Assembly: GCF_009914755.1 (NCBI RefSeq)
Contig: NC_060936.1
DNA: 64,000 nucleotides
Strand: one strand, 5' to 3'
Source of the DNA: the human T2T-CHM13v2.0 reference genome, Homo sapiens
In this document: piece after piece, positions 38,182 through 52,200 of the stretch
Position numbering within the stretch: position 1 is the stretch's first letter
How the letters are laid out: each line of letters starts with the position of its first letter
Position numbers and translations under genes: made by a program
Notes under the pieces: generated by a model
Databases searched by the model: none
What the model saw: only the letters and a program-made list of their open reading frames with translations
Told to the model about the DNA's origin: nothing

Positions 38182-38550
38182 TGTGGTGGATGCTGCCATG
38201 CACTTCTCAAAAGCGTCATGGAAGTACCCTTTCAGCCAGTCACTGGGCATGCTGGTGGCAGAGAGCCCTTATCGTTGGGACAGTCTACATTCAATGACTG
38301 GTCAGGAGAGTGCTATAAAGACCTCAAAACATCCCTTAACTTTGACCATTCTGAAGATTTGTCTTGGTTTCAGTTTCCCTGTTGGGTCATCTGAAGTCTT
38401 TGTTGATATCTCACCATAGTCTTTTTTCTCCTGCTGCCCAATCCTGCCTCCTTCTTTTTCATTTATTTTGATCCTATAAACACTTTCTAATAAACTGTCA
38501 GTGTGTTAATCTCCACCGCAGAGTCTTATTTCCTGGGGAACTCAAAGTTC
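38182..38550 (+). mobile_element. LTR16-like ERVL solo LTR
   Basis: tgtggtggatgctg...ctgcccaatcctgcctcc...ctaataaac...aatctcca..cagagtc..tttcctggggaac. Confidence 0.7.
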
Positions 38551-39499
38551 ATTGCTGTTGTATACTGTCTCCATAGGTAATTTTCATCTATCTTAATAGT
38601 TTTTTCCCCCATCTGTATATTGACAATCATTAATATGTATCTCTAGCCCGGATGACCTTGGAACTCCAGATGATTTACTGCACAGATGTATACAATGTTC
38701 ACTTGGATACCTCATAGCAAGCTAAAAATAAACATGCCAAAAATGGAAATCTTGATTTTCTCTCCGAAACCCTGTCTTCCTCTAGCTTTGTTTTAGCACA
38801 ACTGTAGTATATTATAATAAAATATGTTTGATCCAAATTTTTTCTTAGCATCTTCTACAAGACTCTCTTAAGACAGTCAGCAGAAATGCTAAGTAGAAAA
38901 GTTGTATGTCTAAGGTCAAGAATTTTTCTATCCATTTTTCATGTATTAACTAATTTACTTCTCAAAATAACTTCATAGAGTAGATTTTATTTTTTTTTAC
39001 TCTTATAGAAAACTACCATACAAAGAAATACATAAGTTTTCTAAGGCCCTAATATCAAAATAAGGATTTGCACATCAGAAAGTTCTGTCCTGAAATGCAC
39101 ATGATAATTTTTTCATCATACTGCCTCACTGATATGTGCATGTATTGGTTTGAACTGTGAATGTATTACATTGAAATGGATGGGCAAAATAAATACTTGG
39201 TCATATTTGTTGTTACTGATAAGAACCACAATGGACATAAACATGTTACTTGAGCATACTATCATTTTTATATCTGTTACGACTTGCTGATCAGCTCCCA
39301 ACAACCAAAAATAAAGATCCTTTATCCTAGGGTGTCCAGAGTTTGCTCAAGCTCGTACTATATTCCTTTTTGTTAGTATGTTTGGAATAATAACATCTGA
39401 AATGTAAAATCTATCTATCCATCTGTTTACCTACCCATCATTCATCCATTTATCCCCACACGTGTCACCAGAGTCAAAGCTCTTATCCATAACTAAGAT

Positions 39500-40190
39500 A
39501 CTCACTATCCATCAGATGAACAAGCCAGAAACCAAAACTCTGGAGTTATCATAGAATGCTCCCTCTCCCTTTCACTCCTCCAATGTAATAAATTATTGTT
39601 ATATTCTATTACAAATATTCTAAATATACTCACTTCTCTCTAACCAAAGTGTGAATCTCACCACTACCCCTACATCTACTCATGGGACTCTTCTCACCAC
39701 CATCCGTGATGCTAGCTCCTTGTTGATGGACTCCCAAAATACTTTCTATCTGATCTCCCACTATCTACTTTTGCCTTTTTAATAAATCCTCTTTCAAAAG
39801 AGTGGTATTTTTAAAATAGAAATCTGATCATGTCAACTTTCTGCTTAAAACCTTTTTGTGGCTTCCCTTTGCTCTTAAGAGAGAGACCTAAATCCGTTAA
39901 ATGGAGTGTAAGCCTTTATATACTAATTATCCTTGCCTGTCTTTCCAGTTAGTACTCAGTTACTACCTCCCCATCCAACTTCTTGCAGGTCAATTAGCAT
40001 GTATTATGGCCCTACACATCTTAGGACCATTGTATATGCTGCCTTCCCTTTGCGTAAAACTCCCAATTCCATATCTGAGTTGACTCATATTTCAGATTTC
40101 TGCTCAATCAATACTCTTTCAGGAAGGCATGAGTAACTTGCAAAACTAAAACAGAGTTCCCTATTACAAACTTTAATAGCACTTAGCCTT
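39500..40190 (+). mobile_element. L2 fragment
   Basis: aaatctgatcatgtca...ctgcttaaaacctt...tggcttccc..tgctctta. Confidence 0.65.
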
Positions 40191-41179
40191 TTTTGTTTGT
40201 GGCTAAGTTGGCTAATAGTTGACCACTGTACATATTTAAAAGTATGGCCTAACCATATATAAGAACATTAGAAACCACCTTTAAATACATTTGAGACATT
40301 TTGGTACATTGTATTCACAAGCAGTTGAACCTTTCTTAAGCATGTATTTGATATATTGACCTCAAGTGAGAACACATTTTATTTCGACTATTGCATTTGG
40401 CTGGAAGTAAGAGGAAAAGCTGGGCATCTCAATCAGTATACAGAGATGCCTGTTGTTAATCTACTAACCTAAAACCCAAACCTTCTCTCCATAAAATCAG
40501 TCTTATTTTAAAAAATCATAAATCATGTGAGAAAAATATTTCAGGCTTTAAAATTATAAGAAAAATATCCAACTTGCTCATTGATAACATTGAGATTATT
40601 GATAAAAATTGTAGAAAAATTGAGTTGTAAGGCATTTCACTTGATACCAGTATCCCTGCCCCTACTATGAGAGGGAGCTATGTGGATTGAGGAGATATAC
40701 AGAGTAGATGCTAAAACTGAGTGAACAGAGTAAGGAATTTGATTGAACTTGGTAGAGGAAAAGGAGTCTAATTAGACATCCTAGATCAGGAGCATGATTT
40801 AAAAGTCGATATATCAAAAAGTAAGTGTGAAAGGAATAAGAAAATTGATGAGGCTGGCCATTAAAAACAACCAAGTCAGGACCTCTTCCCTAAAATTTGC
40901 TATTTAATGTTATTTGCTGGATAATACTCAAGAGCCAGGTCATAATGCTAATGCATGGGAGTAGGTTATATTCAAAGTCTCAGTTGTATCATTCCCACTA
41001 TGTTGCAAATTCTCCATGCCCCATTCTCCATGTTGCAAATGTATTCCATATCTTGAGTGAAATGTGAAGCTTTAAAACTGGGATTATATCATATTCTCTA
41101 CTTTCTGAACCATTTGTCTACCTTGAGGAAAAAAATTTCCCCAAATCCAGGAAAGAAAAAAGGAACATTTTTCATTGAT

Positions 41180-41370
41180 TACCTATAATGTGCCAGAACA
41201 ATATTGTCACATTTAATCCTTGCGGCAACCCTGATAGAGGTGATAATAATCTCTGTTTCACAGGTTGGGAAACTAAGGATAAAAAATTCGTCCGTAAGGA
41301 TGAATTTTTTCCTATATCTTGGGAGTTCAGAGTTGAATCCATGTCTCATTCTAATGCCCATTTTCTCCCT
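41180..41370 (-). mobile_element. MIR SINE
   Basis: tgtgccag...catttaatcct...caaccct...cacaggttgggaaactaagg. Confidence 0.7.
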
Positions 41371-42823
41371 TCTGTCCTGAGTTAGTTATCTGTTGCCTTT
41401 CAGGTCTCTTTACTGCCCCCTCTATGCACATGCAAACTGATTTATCTTTATTTTACACAATCTAATTCACACTTTGACAAAATGATTTAACAACAAATGT
41501 TTGCCTAAGATAAGATATTATTTGTTTTAAACAGTTTTGTATCTCCTTGTGACTTCAAAGAGTTAGTAGAATTCTAATTTGCTGAAAGCATTTCAGATTT
41601 CAGATAAGCTGTGGAGGATTAGAAAAGCATATTAGAATGAGTTGGTTGCCATGGCAGGAAAAATTCACTTAATCCTTTTTGAAGGTGACTGTCCTGAAAG
41701 GAAGTTCATGTGTCCCATCAGGTTGGGTTTCTCCTCAATGGAGAATCACCTGAGGACAGGAGAGATTGCAAATTCTCTGCCTATTTCAGGCAACTGGTGA
41801 CTGTAGGGTAGCCAGGGTTCTTTCTTCACTGACTTCTTCTAAGGGCTTTAGGGGAATGTTTCTACAGTTACAGAGCAGATAGGAATCACATTTTGAGACA
41901 GTAAATTGGAGACAGTCCTCCGAGTATACAGTTGCTGGTAACAGTTGCTCATGCAAAACTTCCTGTATCTCTACGTCTTTTTGATCATATTTACCTGAGT
42001 TTCTTTCCCTTCTTTTGGCAACTTGTTGACATCATTTTAATTACCAATGTATTATTTGCCATTTCTCTCTATACACTACATACTGTTTTTTTAATCTCTA
42101 ATGATACAGCTTTTGAAAACAATGTGGTAGATGAGAGAGTAAAATTTCTTTATTAAAAGAATCATTACACTCTTGGCAAAGCATATCTTCATGCTATTAA
42201 TAATGAGAGGGTTTGTGAAGTTGGTTTCAGCTGTCGTAGTAATATACTATATCAACACTTTCCATCTCCAAAAAAGAAGAACACAATGTTGGTGAAGGGA
42301 ACAGAAAAACAATTCTTTTATGTTTGGTCTGGCTTGACCTACATCAAGATGGTAGACTGAAATGACCCAAAATGTTGAAAGAATACTTTTGCCCAGATAA
42401 CCGGATACCACAGTAAATTGAAGTAATTACAGCTCAGTAACAAAGCTGATTGGATAAAATTAGGCCACCTGCCTTCTAAATACAGAGAGGCATGTTGTTA
42501 TATTTATTTTATCTTATGTGGATGACTTTTGTCTGTATGGTTGAATAGGAGTTAAGTTTCTCTACTTTATTACCTAGGTTCCCAAATAACAACATTACTA
42601 TATGTGGCATTTTAAGGACTATCTCTGGATAGAGTCTCTCAAAGCCTTTGGGCTATAAGCTCTTAATCTCATTGTTTCAACTACCATAATTATTAATTGC
42701 AGGAAGTTTTGCATGAGAAACCCTTACCAGCAAGTGTATACTCAGAGGACTGTCTCCAGTTTAGGGTTTCTCAAAATCCTAAATTTTTATAATTATGATA
42801 CTTGAAACAATGAGATTAAAATT

Positions 42824-42846
42824 AGTCTCTCTCTCTCTCTCTCTCT

Positions 42847-42897
<51 letters not shown>

Positions 42898-42966
42898 CTC
42901 TCTCTCTATATATATATACACACATATATATAGACTTGATATATATATATATATATATATCTCAAG
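42824..42966. repeat. (TC)n/(TA)n compound microsatellite
   Basis: Directly visible. Confidence 0.95.
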
Positions 42967-43173
42967 ACTTATGATTTATTGGCATATGTCCTGAATCTCC
43001 AACACAAATTCAATATTTCCAACACACACAAAAAAATCACTTTCTCCAAAAACAACTTCCTTTCTGGACTTAATTCTGAGAGGCACCCTTAACTTATCCC
43101 ATATCCTTAACCACTCAAATTCATTTTTTAAACTAAGTTATTAAAATCTTTGCTTCCTAATATTTTTCTTATT

Positions 43174-43211
43174 TCTAGCATCATGACACTGGTCTAGCAT
43201 CATGACACTGG
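43174..43211. repeat. Perfect 19-bp tandem duplication
   Basis: tctagcatcatgacactgg x2. Confidence 0.95.
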
Positions 43212-43482
43212 ACCAAGTCTTAGCTTCTCCATGATCTTCCACACATATCTCCTACTGGTCTTTTGTCTCCAGTGTCTTCCCTATTCAGCAAATTCTGCCT
43301 TTTGCAACCAGATTAATCTTTTTAAACCATAGTCCTCTTCTTGTCACTCAAATTTTCAATGACTTACCAATGTCTATAAAATGAATTATTAAGTTTGTCC
43401 TTAGGTATTGAAAGCTACTTTTTATATTCTAATTATATTCCAAAGTTCCTCTTTATGTACTTTTTAATTCCAAAAATAAAAG

Positions 43483-43918
43483 TGTTATTTTGAATAGTGG
43501 CCTCCTAAAAGGTATGTCAACCTGGAACCTATTAATATGAAGTTATTTGGAAATGGGGTCTTTGCAGATGTAATTAAGTTAAAGATCTTGGGATGAGGAT
43601 GTTCTAAATTATGGTGAACTCTAAATCCAATGACCAGTGTTCTTATAAGTGAAGAAAGGGGGAAAATACACAGAGGAGACACCCAGGTGAAGATAGAGAA
43701 AGAGATTGGAGTTACCCAAACCAAGGAATGCCAGGAGTCACCAGAAGCTGGAAGAGTCAAAGAAGGATCCTCCACTAAAGCCTTTGGAGGTAGTGTGGCC
43801 CTTCTGATGCCTTGATTTAGGACATATAGCCTTCAGAAATGTGAGGGAATAAATGTCTCTTGTTTTAAGTCATCCAATTTGTGGTAATGAGTTGTGACAT
43901 TCCTAGGAAACCAATACA
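43483..43918 (+). mobile_element. MLT1 (B/C/D-like) MaLR solo LTR
   Basis: ttatttggaaatggggtctttgcagatgtaattaagttaa...ccaaggaatgcc...ccagaagctggaaga...ggaaaccaataca. Confidence 0.88.
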
Positions 43919-46900
43919 ATGAGTCAACTTAGCCCTCATGAAGATATGTGTTCTTGCAGATATCCCTTGCTTGAGAGGGTTTCTTTTGCTGGAATTCTCA
44001 CCATATCTTTACATCTACTGAAATGATAGTTAACATTTTGAAGCACACACAATATAAAAGACACTGTTCTGAGCTTTCCCATATATTAACTTTTTAAAGT
44101 ATTTAATGAGATCTATAAAGTAGATATTATTGTGTCTAAAGATACATAAGCACATTTTCCAGATAAGCTGAAGTTTGGACAGAAGCAGTCTTATTCTAGA
44201 ATTTCTAGAATTCATGCTCTTATTGACTTCAAAAGTATCAAGATCAAAGCTCAAAACACACCCACTCCATGAAGTCTTTCCTGATCACCTGATGGGAAGG
44301 GATCTTTATGATTTCCTACAGTTATTCTGGTAACTACCACTCACAAAAGAGAGAAACAGAGCATAGAATTCCTTACATAGACTTTATTCACTCTATAGAT
44401 TGTAAAATGCCTAAAAGAACTGACTATGCCATATATGTGTATACACACACACACACACACAAATATATATACACACATACACATATATTTTAAATTCCTT
44501 CCGCAGAAGCTGGCACAGCATTTTTCTAGGTTTGTAATAAATAAGTCATTAAATGAGTACATCTGGTAGAAGACAAATCAAAATGGTCATGTTTAACACA
44601 AGTTGAATGGAGGGTGAAACTATTTGTCTGAGGTTATTTTTTTTTTTAAAGTTTGACCTTAGATCACAGACTCACCAATGTATTTATTCTCTCACCCTTG
44701 AGTTTCCTCCTACTTTAACAAACTTAAATATAGAAACGTGTTTGAAACTTTTGGTTTTAGTACCTTTGTTAACAATAGTCTCTCTGAAGAAGAAATATAA
44801 AATAGTTAAATCTGACAAACCTAGGAATATTTTAGGTTTTTTCGCAAATAATATAACAGATGAAGTGGATGTATTTTTAATGTAATTTTTTATTTAATTT
44901 TATTTCCAAATGTAAATATACAAAAAAAACACCAAGAAAGTCAATGCTTTGGGAACACCAAATCAAAATGCTAAATTCAGTGACTTATTTACTCTGTGTA
45001 GAGATGGAAAGGATGACGCACCTCCCTCTTTTCTTTCTAGACTCAGTCATCCTTCCTGAACAACAATTTGTAGGAAAATAGAATCATTTCAACAAAGATG
45101 GGAAACCCAACCGAAGGCATTATTTTGTGAATTCTAGAGAAAGGCTTTTCCAAACTGCAATTTTGAAAGATTATAAAGTTGTATGTATGAGTTGTAAAAG
45201 TTAGTCAATACTACACCTATAAAAATTAAAATAAGCATGATTCTTATTATTTTCTTTGTTGAAATAACACAAAGGAACATTTTAACAAATACAGTTTTAG
45301 AAACCATTCATAAAGAAGCAGCACTAACAAATCTGAGCATGCAAGAGAAGAATAAAGTTATTTTCCCCTAAGATTTAGTTCCTTGTCACTGAAGAATAAA
45401 TTGTTTGAAGAGAGGGTGTAACCAAGGAGGAATGAATAGAAGTCGTAAGAAAATGTGTGCATGTCTGAATGCAGACCATGCTTGTGTCAGTTAGAAATGT
45501 TCTCAGTTGCAAGCAATAGAACACTCAGGTAATAATAGTGTAAATACATTTTTATACATAATATGAAATCTGAAGGTCATCAACTACTGTTGCTGGTTCT
45601 TCAACCCACTAATACCCAGAATCACTAGGATTCTCTTAGTTTTTTCCCATGCTTCTTGGAGCTTTAGTCATCTACCTAAAATAGAGCACAGAGCAAAGGA
45701 GAAAAAGCTCCTTAATCAGAAAAGCAAAAGGCTTCCAGGAAGCCATATCCAGTTAACATATTATTATGTTAAAATGTTAACATTTTATTGGTCAGAGCTG
45801 TGTCACATGGACACCTCTGAAAAAGAGGCCATAGAGGGTAGAGGTTGGATCATCATCAAAACATCCAAAATAGTGTCTACTACAATAGAACAATAGGAAA
45901 TGTGAGCAACAGGTTTCACTGAGAATTTTGTAATCATATTCTAAGGATGAACTTTCTTGAAAAACACAATTGGGGTAAATTTGATAGTATATTTACTTAA
46001 TTTGAAAGCACTTTTGCAGTTAAAGCTTCCTCAAAGTGATGATATCTGTAAAAGAATTCTGTATTTTTTGAAACCCTCTAAGATATTCATGTCACTGAAT
46101 TATTTTCAATGAATAGACCCAAGTTCAAATATCACCTTCTTATACTAATTCCCTGACCACATTAACTAAAGTAGCACCCCTACCAATTCATTAATCTCCT
46201 AAACTACTTGCTTATATATTTATTTTCTTTCATCCTGAATAGAGTAAAAGCTTTATGAAGGAATGGACTTTGTTTTGGTTACCACTGTACCCCTTTTACT
46301 TGGAGCAGCACCTACTTACAGTCTAAGTACTCAATAAATCTTGATATAATGCACAAATACATACGTGTGTATATCTATGTAGATCACTTATATTTCTATC
46401 TGTATCAAGATGGATCTGTCAATCATCTATGTTCAGTTTGGGGAGTTTTGCTAAAAAGTTAGTAACAACCAGCTACAGAATTTATATCTCATTGCAATAA
46501 GCTAGTTTGCAACAACTTCAAACTAGCATAATATATCTGATGATAAAACTAGTTTGTGCCGAGTGACTTTAATATGGAGTTGTATCCATTACTCCTGTCT
46601 CTGGATAAAGGAGCACATATAAACTTGACTTTATGTAAATAAAAATTTATAATAACATTATGATAAATTTTCCTCATACATGCAACTTCTTTAAAAAATG
46701 TCATACAACTTCTTTAAAACATGTTTTATCTTCTTGATAAGCTTACCAGTTACAGTAATTCAATGACATATTCTATGAATAGTGAAAAAAACAAAAAAGT
46801 TTAATTTTATAATATATCTATATTATATATCTATATATTATATGTATATCTCAATATATTATATATTTATATAGTATATATCTCTCTCAAATGTGTGTGT

Positions 46901-47779
46901 ATATATATATATATGTATATATGCAAACACACATTTGAATATAGGACAGAGACTTTGATATGTTTTGTTTACTAACACATGGACAGAGCCTGGCGATAAA
47001 TAATAAATATTGTTGAATGAAGCATAAATGAATGAAAAAAGGTGGGAATGGGAGAAAATCACTGTATTGTAAAGCCTGAGTTAATAGGAACCAGGAGGAA
47101 AATAAGCGATGAGTTGTAGGACTGCAGCAGAAAGGTTGATTGTAATGCAGCAGCAATGTGCCGGGAAGGCATGACACAGAGGACTTTGGAGTTGGGCCAC
47201 ATAAAAGGAATATTAGGACTGAATAGAATGTTACATGTGTAGAAGCAAGAGGTTGAGAGAATACCTGAACAAAAGCACAGATGGACAGTTGGGTGGACAT
47301 TTGGAGTTTTAATGTGATTAAAGAGTGAGATGGAATTGTGCAGTAGGAAGGGCTAGAAAAGGTTCATGCATCCATCAGACTACTTTTGGCTGTGAGGAAT
47401 GAAACCATAAATGAAATGATATCCCAAAGAACACTGACCTAAGCAATTAGATATTTACTCTGTGTTACACTTATATACCCACAGCAGGGATGAGTAGAGA
47501 TGAGTCAGCAGCTCAGTGATATAATTAAGGATCCAAGCTCTTTCCACCTCTCCACTTTCTTTGGTCTTTGCATAGGTTTCCTCCTAGGCCTGGTTCAGTC
47601 ATGACTACTGAAATCCTAGGTCTCATAATTTTAACATAACTGCATCTAGAGGAAAAAGAGGGATTCTTGTTTCTTCCCGTGGGTCTACCTTAGGTATGGT
47701 GAAGCTTGTTCAGAAAAATCTTAAAACACTTCCTCCCACATGTCGTAGACCAGAGCTGTACCATGATTCCTGAGTGGCT

Positions 47780-48545
47780 TATCCATTTAACAAACATTGA
47801 GTGAGGCCATACGATGTGCAAAGCATAGCTCTGGGCACTTTTAATACTACAGCATTAAACTAAATAAAACCCTTGCAGTCATGCAGCTTATACTCGAATT
47901 GGATAAACTGAAAATACATAAATGAATAAAAATGTATAATGTCATATTATGACAAGTTCTATGAACAAAATCAAAGTAGAGTACAAGATAAAAAAAAAAA
48001 AAATATAACACCAGGAAGGGATTTTAAGTTGGGTGAATAGATACAGTGGTCAGAGAAGGACTCTTTGAGAGAGGTGCTTTTAAGTAAAGACCTTAGTGAA
48101 ATGAGGGAGGGAGCCATGTGAATATTTGAGGAAAGCTGTTTTTATACAAGGAGAATGACAACTCCAAAGCCTTAGAACAAGAATGAGCTTGGTATGTCCC
48201 AGAAACATTGTGGAAGGCCAAGTGGCTAAAAAAGAATGAGAAAATAGAGTATGTAAGGAGCTGAGGTCAGAAAGTCAGCAAGAAGAAGAGATTGTGAAGG
48301 ATCTTACAGGTCTTGGTAAGGACGCTTTATTTTATTCTAAAGGAGATAGGAGGGCATTGCAGAGTAGATAGGCATGATCTGATTTACATTTTGAAAAAAA
48401 AAATTCATTCTACCTGCAAAGAATAGACTGTAGGAGGAAAGTGCAGAAGCAAAGATAAGAGGCTACAGTAGAAGCACAGGTAAAAGAATAGTGTGATTGA
48501 AGTAAGATGATACTGACTGAGGTCAGAAGTTCAGGACAGATCTCT
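47780..48545 (-). mobile_element. L2 3' region
   Basis: catttaacaaacattgag...tggtcagagaagg...gagggagccatgtgaatatttg...catgatctgatttacattttgaa. Confidence 0.75.
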
Positions 48546-48605
48546 GGGTGGCCTTGGACCAATGTAGTTCTCATCCTTTTCTCCCTGGTAGTTGTCAAGA
48601 AAAAC

Positions 48606-49033
48606 TGTAGAATGTTCTGGGAATGCAATGTCCTGAGGTAAGGGGGAACTAGCAGAATAGCCTAGGTTCTGTTCCGGTCCCTGAAATCCTTTATTATAAT
48701 GTATCATGCTGCTCCAGGGTATAAAACCAAGAGCAGGATGTTTTCCCAAGTCTCTTAGCTGCAGTGCAAGTGGAGCCCATGCAGATGAGATTCCATCTTT
48801 TCTGTGCAACTTTCCTGAACTTTGGGGAACCAGCTTCTAATGCAACTTGCTGGGGTTTTTTGTAATTAATAAACTTGTTTCACTTAACTTGCTGTATATG
48901 AGTGTTCTGTCTCATCAGACTCATGCAAGTGATAGAAATTGGTACAACTCAACGTGTACTGGATGAGGTGTTTACAATCCCTTTCCCCCTTAGCCCCCAG
49001 GATTGATGCCAGTGCACAGTGAACTGCTTCACA
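48606..49033 (+). mobile_element. LTR47-like ERVL solo LTR
   Basis: ctgggaatgcaatgtcctgag...gtataaaacc...agctgcagtgcaagtgg...aataaa...ccagtgcacagtgaactgcttcaca. Confidence 0.7.
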
Positions 49034-49097
49034 GGAAGTTGTTGGGGCTGGGAATACATTGTGAGAGTAGTGAAAGGACCGACTCCAGCCAAGGGAG

Positions 49098-49204
49098 TGG
49101 ACTAACTCTGACGGTCTAAACGAATCATTGGTATGGGAGGGATACAGACTGGACTAACTCTGATGGTCTAACTGGATCATTGGTATGGGAGGGATGCATA
49201 CTGG
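49098..49204. repeat. 52-bp tandem duplication
   Basis: Two units (49098-49149, 49150-49201), 46/52 identical. Confidence 0.92.
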
Positions 49205-49249
49205 GAAGTCAGGCATAATGTTTGCAAACAGAGTGTATTAGTATCAGAT

Positions 49250-52200
49250 TATGAGAGAACTTTAGCTATGCGCATTTCAACAAATATTGGTTGAGTAGCT
49301 AGTATTCATGTTGTGGATTGGTGTGTCGAAGAGGCACTGAAATGATGTTTAAGGTTCAGGATGATGATTAGGGCATCCCGTGGAATGTATACCTATGATA
49401 GCTGGACTTTCAGCTGTCCCTTTAATAGGAATTTCCAGTGTTCTATCAGGCTGCAGTATCTGGGTGGTTTGATATGTGATACGACTATAGTAGTTCTCGT
49501 AGTAATGAGCCTACTCCTTCTTCTTCTTTGATATAAAATGCATTGCCCTGATCTCATAAAATGATGTGTGGGAACTTGTGCTTGTGCATCAAACACTCTA
49601 TGAGCCTTAAACTGAGGCTCTGCATGTGAGGAAGGAAAATCCGTATCCCAAATTAGTGCCTATTTCTGTTAGAATAAATTGCTGGGCCTTTCAGAGTAAA
49701 GGAGCAAAATGTTATCAATTTGCCACCATGTGGCTAGTTGGTCTCCCTGAGAGATGGTTTTACATCAGAGATTTGGCATTAGTCTGGGTTGCTGGCAGGT
49801 TGGCATTTGGTGGCAGCATTTGCTAGATTGGAATCAGTGAATGGAAGCCCACGCTACTGGGCTCAGACACAACTTCCATCACTAACACTACCGCCAGAAG
49901 TGGGGGATAGATGGTGTCAAAACCGGGCGGCTTAATGACCAAATCTGAGTAGCATCAGTTGGTTAGGTTATTTTATCTACTTTTTTTATTGTGCCATTTC
50001 AGTGGAAGATACTGCTCTTACACTCTTTGGAAGGCATCAGCATGTAATAGAAAGACTTGAAAGACTTTTAAACTTTTTGATCACTATCATATATCCACAC
50101 ACTCACCTTTAATCCTGGTCCACTTGTTTCTAATATTGCAGTCTTTCACCTTTCAGTTATGTCCAGCCAGCCGAGCCATTCACCATTGCTCATGGGTGTG
50201 ACTATAACCTCAGTCGGTTCTCTTTCCACACAAAGTAGAGGGCCAGGTGCACCATTCAAAATTTTGCCAATTGGAATGTTTTTCTCATGCTTTTTTCTAT
50301 CAAAGCCACCCCTGAGTGCCAAACATTTTTAACTTGTAAACACATACTTGGACTATCAATCCATAATCCAAGCTAGATATTTTTCTTTCACCTTCATCTG
50401 ATAATAAAAGATCCCTCATAAGGCCATGTGGGTCACCTGGGGAAGTTCATTATTTCAACAGTAGTGAAAAAAATGATAGTCTGTGCTACCTGCTCATGCA
50501 GTTTGCTTATAATCTTTTCTTACTTATACTTTATCTTGGGTGTGTCACTTCCATTCTTCCAATGTATGGACTATTTCTGGGTCTGCTAAATCTTATGACC
50601 TGGTAGGTCTGACAAAATGCAGCTCATAATCACTTGTTATCCTATGGTAAGATTTTCCAACTTTACTAGGGCTCAGTAGCACTTCAGGAATTGATTTTCA
50701 ACTAGTATTTAATTGTTCACTATAGAAGGCATCACCTTACCCCAGAATCCTAAAGGTCTGTCTTGTGATTTTGTTGTTAGGACTTGCCATAAACTCTACC
50801 GAGTATTTTTTCCCATGTATAATACTATAAATGCTCTGCTGGGTCAGGGTCGTGTGTCAATTCAAAACTGGTGGCCTACCAGACATTGTGCTTTCTTCTT
50901 TGTGAAATGCTTCAAACCACTGTACTCCTTAAAAATTTGACTTATTCGGCAGGCCTCTGAATTTTCATACATTTTATCTTCCCTTCTCTGGAGTGGGTTT
51001 GTCTTATCAAGGCTCCTAATGAACTAGTCACTTTTTGCTCCATAGGTCTAATTAACATGATGTCTGTCATCAATAAAATAAGTTTGATTTTCAGGATAAC
51101 CAGATGTCAAGTTCCCTTCGTATCATATTATGACAGAGGATACGGAGTTAACATAGCCCTGGGGCAGGACTCTAAATGTATCTTATTCTCTGTTTCATGC
51201 AAATGCCAACTTTTACTTTTTTATTTATAGAGTCAGAAATGAATGTATTCACTAAATCAATAGTCTCATAGGATGTACCTAATATTCTTCTAATGTGCTC
51301 TAACAAAGATTCTTTAAGCACAGTACTATATGCAAATGGCACTACTGTTAGTTATGTTTGATAAATTAAATGGAGATATGACTGACAACCAACTTTGCAT
51401 CTTTTAAATTTTTAAGACTAGTATTTATTTCCACCATCTGCTTGGAGACATAGTAATTTTTTATTTGCTATTTTGGAGGGAGAAAATTTTAGAGGCTTCT
51501 ACTTGGCCTTCCCCATTATGATAGCTCTTATCCCAATTATAGGAACTTGTAAATGAAGGTTATCCCAATTACCAAATATATCTATATCAATTATACATTG
51601 GGAGAGTTGCTAAATAACCACCATTCATACACTTGGACTCAATGAATCCACTGGATATGTTTATTGGCTAGAACTCCATTTAGTACTCGGCTGACCCTGT
51701 ATGTCCATACTTAAACAGTAGGGCCATGATTGGTATGTTTAATAGTTCTTTGAAAGTATTAATATTGCATTTTTCACAGTGCACATTTATCTGAGTAAAT
51801 GATTATAGTTACCTTTGGAAATAGTTGGAGAAATTACTACCGTGTTTATTTGTCAAAGCAGTGCAAGATCTTTCCTCTTGGCAATCCTACCTCTTCTTCA
51901 GACAATGAGGTTTGGTTTGAAATCTGGCTCAGATACAGAAAGTGGGCAATTGCTGTAGGCCACTGTCACGCCTGATCTTAGAGAATTGTCACTGAACTTC
52001 TGAGAAATGCTGGTGCCTTGTTCCTCAGAGGATTCCTTATGATCATCTTAAATTTTAAGTCACCTGACCACTCATAATCATCTGGAGAGTCTTTTAGCTG
52101 GATATAGTGTGTATATATATATATATATTCTTGCATGCCCACTTCCTCAAGCATTTTAATCCCATCTCCTATCACCTGCTGTAGCAATTCTAGCATTCAG

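Noticed and set aside
41995-42065. Minus-strand ATG-containing stretch ending in CAG|gtaaat
   Set aside because: No clear acceptor or promoter; peptide not recognised
46679-46724. 23-bp tandem duplication
   Set aside because: Ordinary slippage duplication
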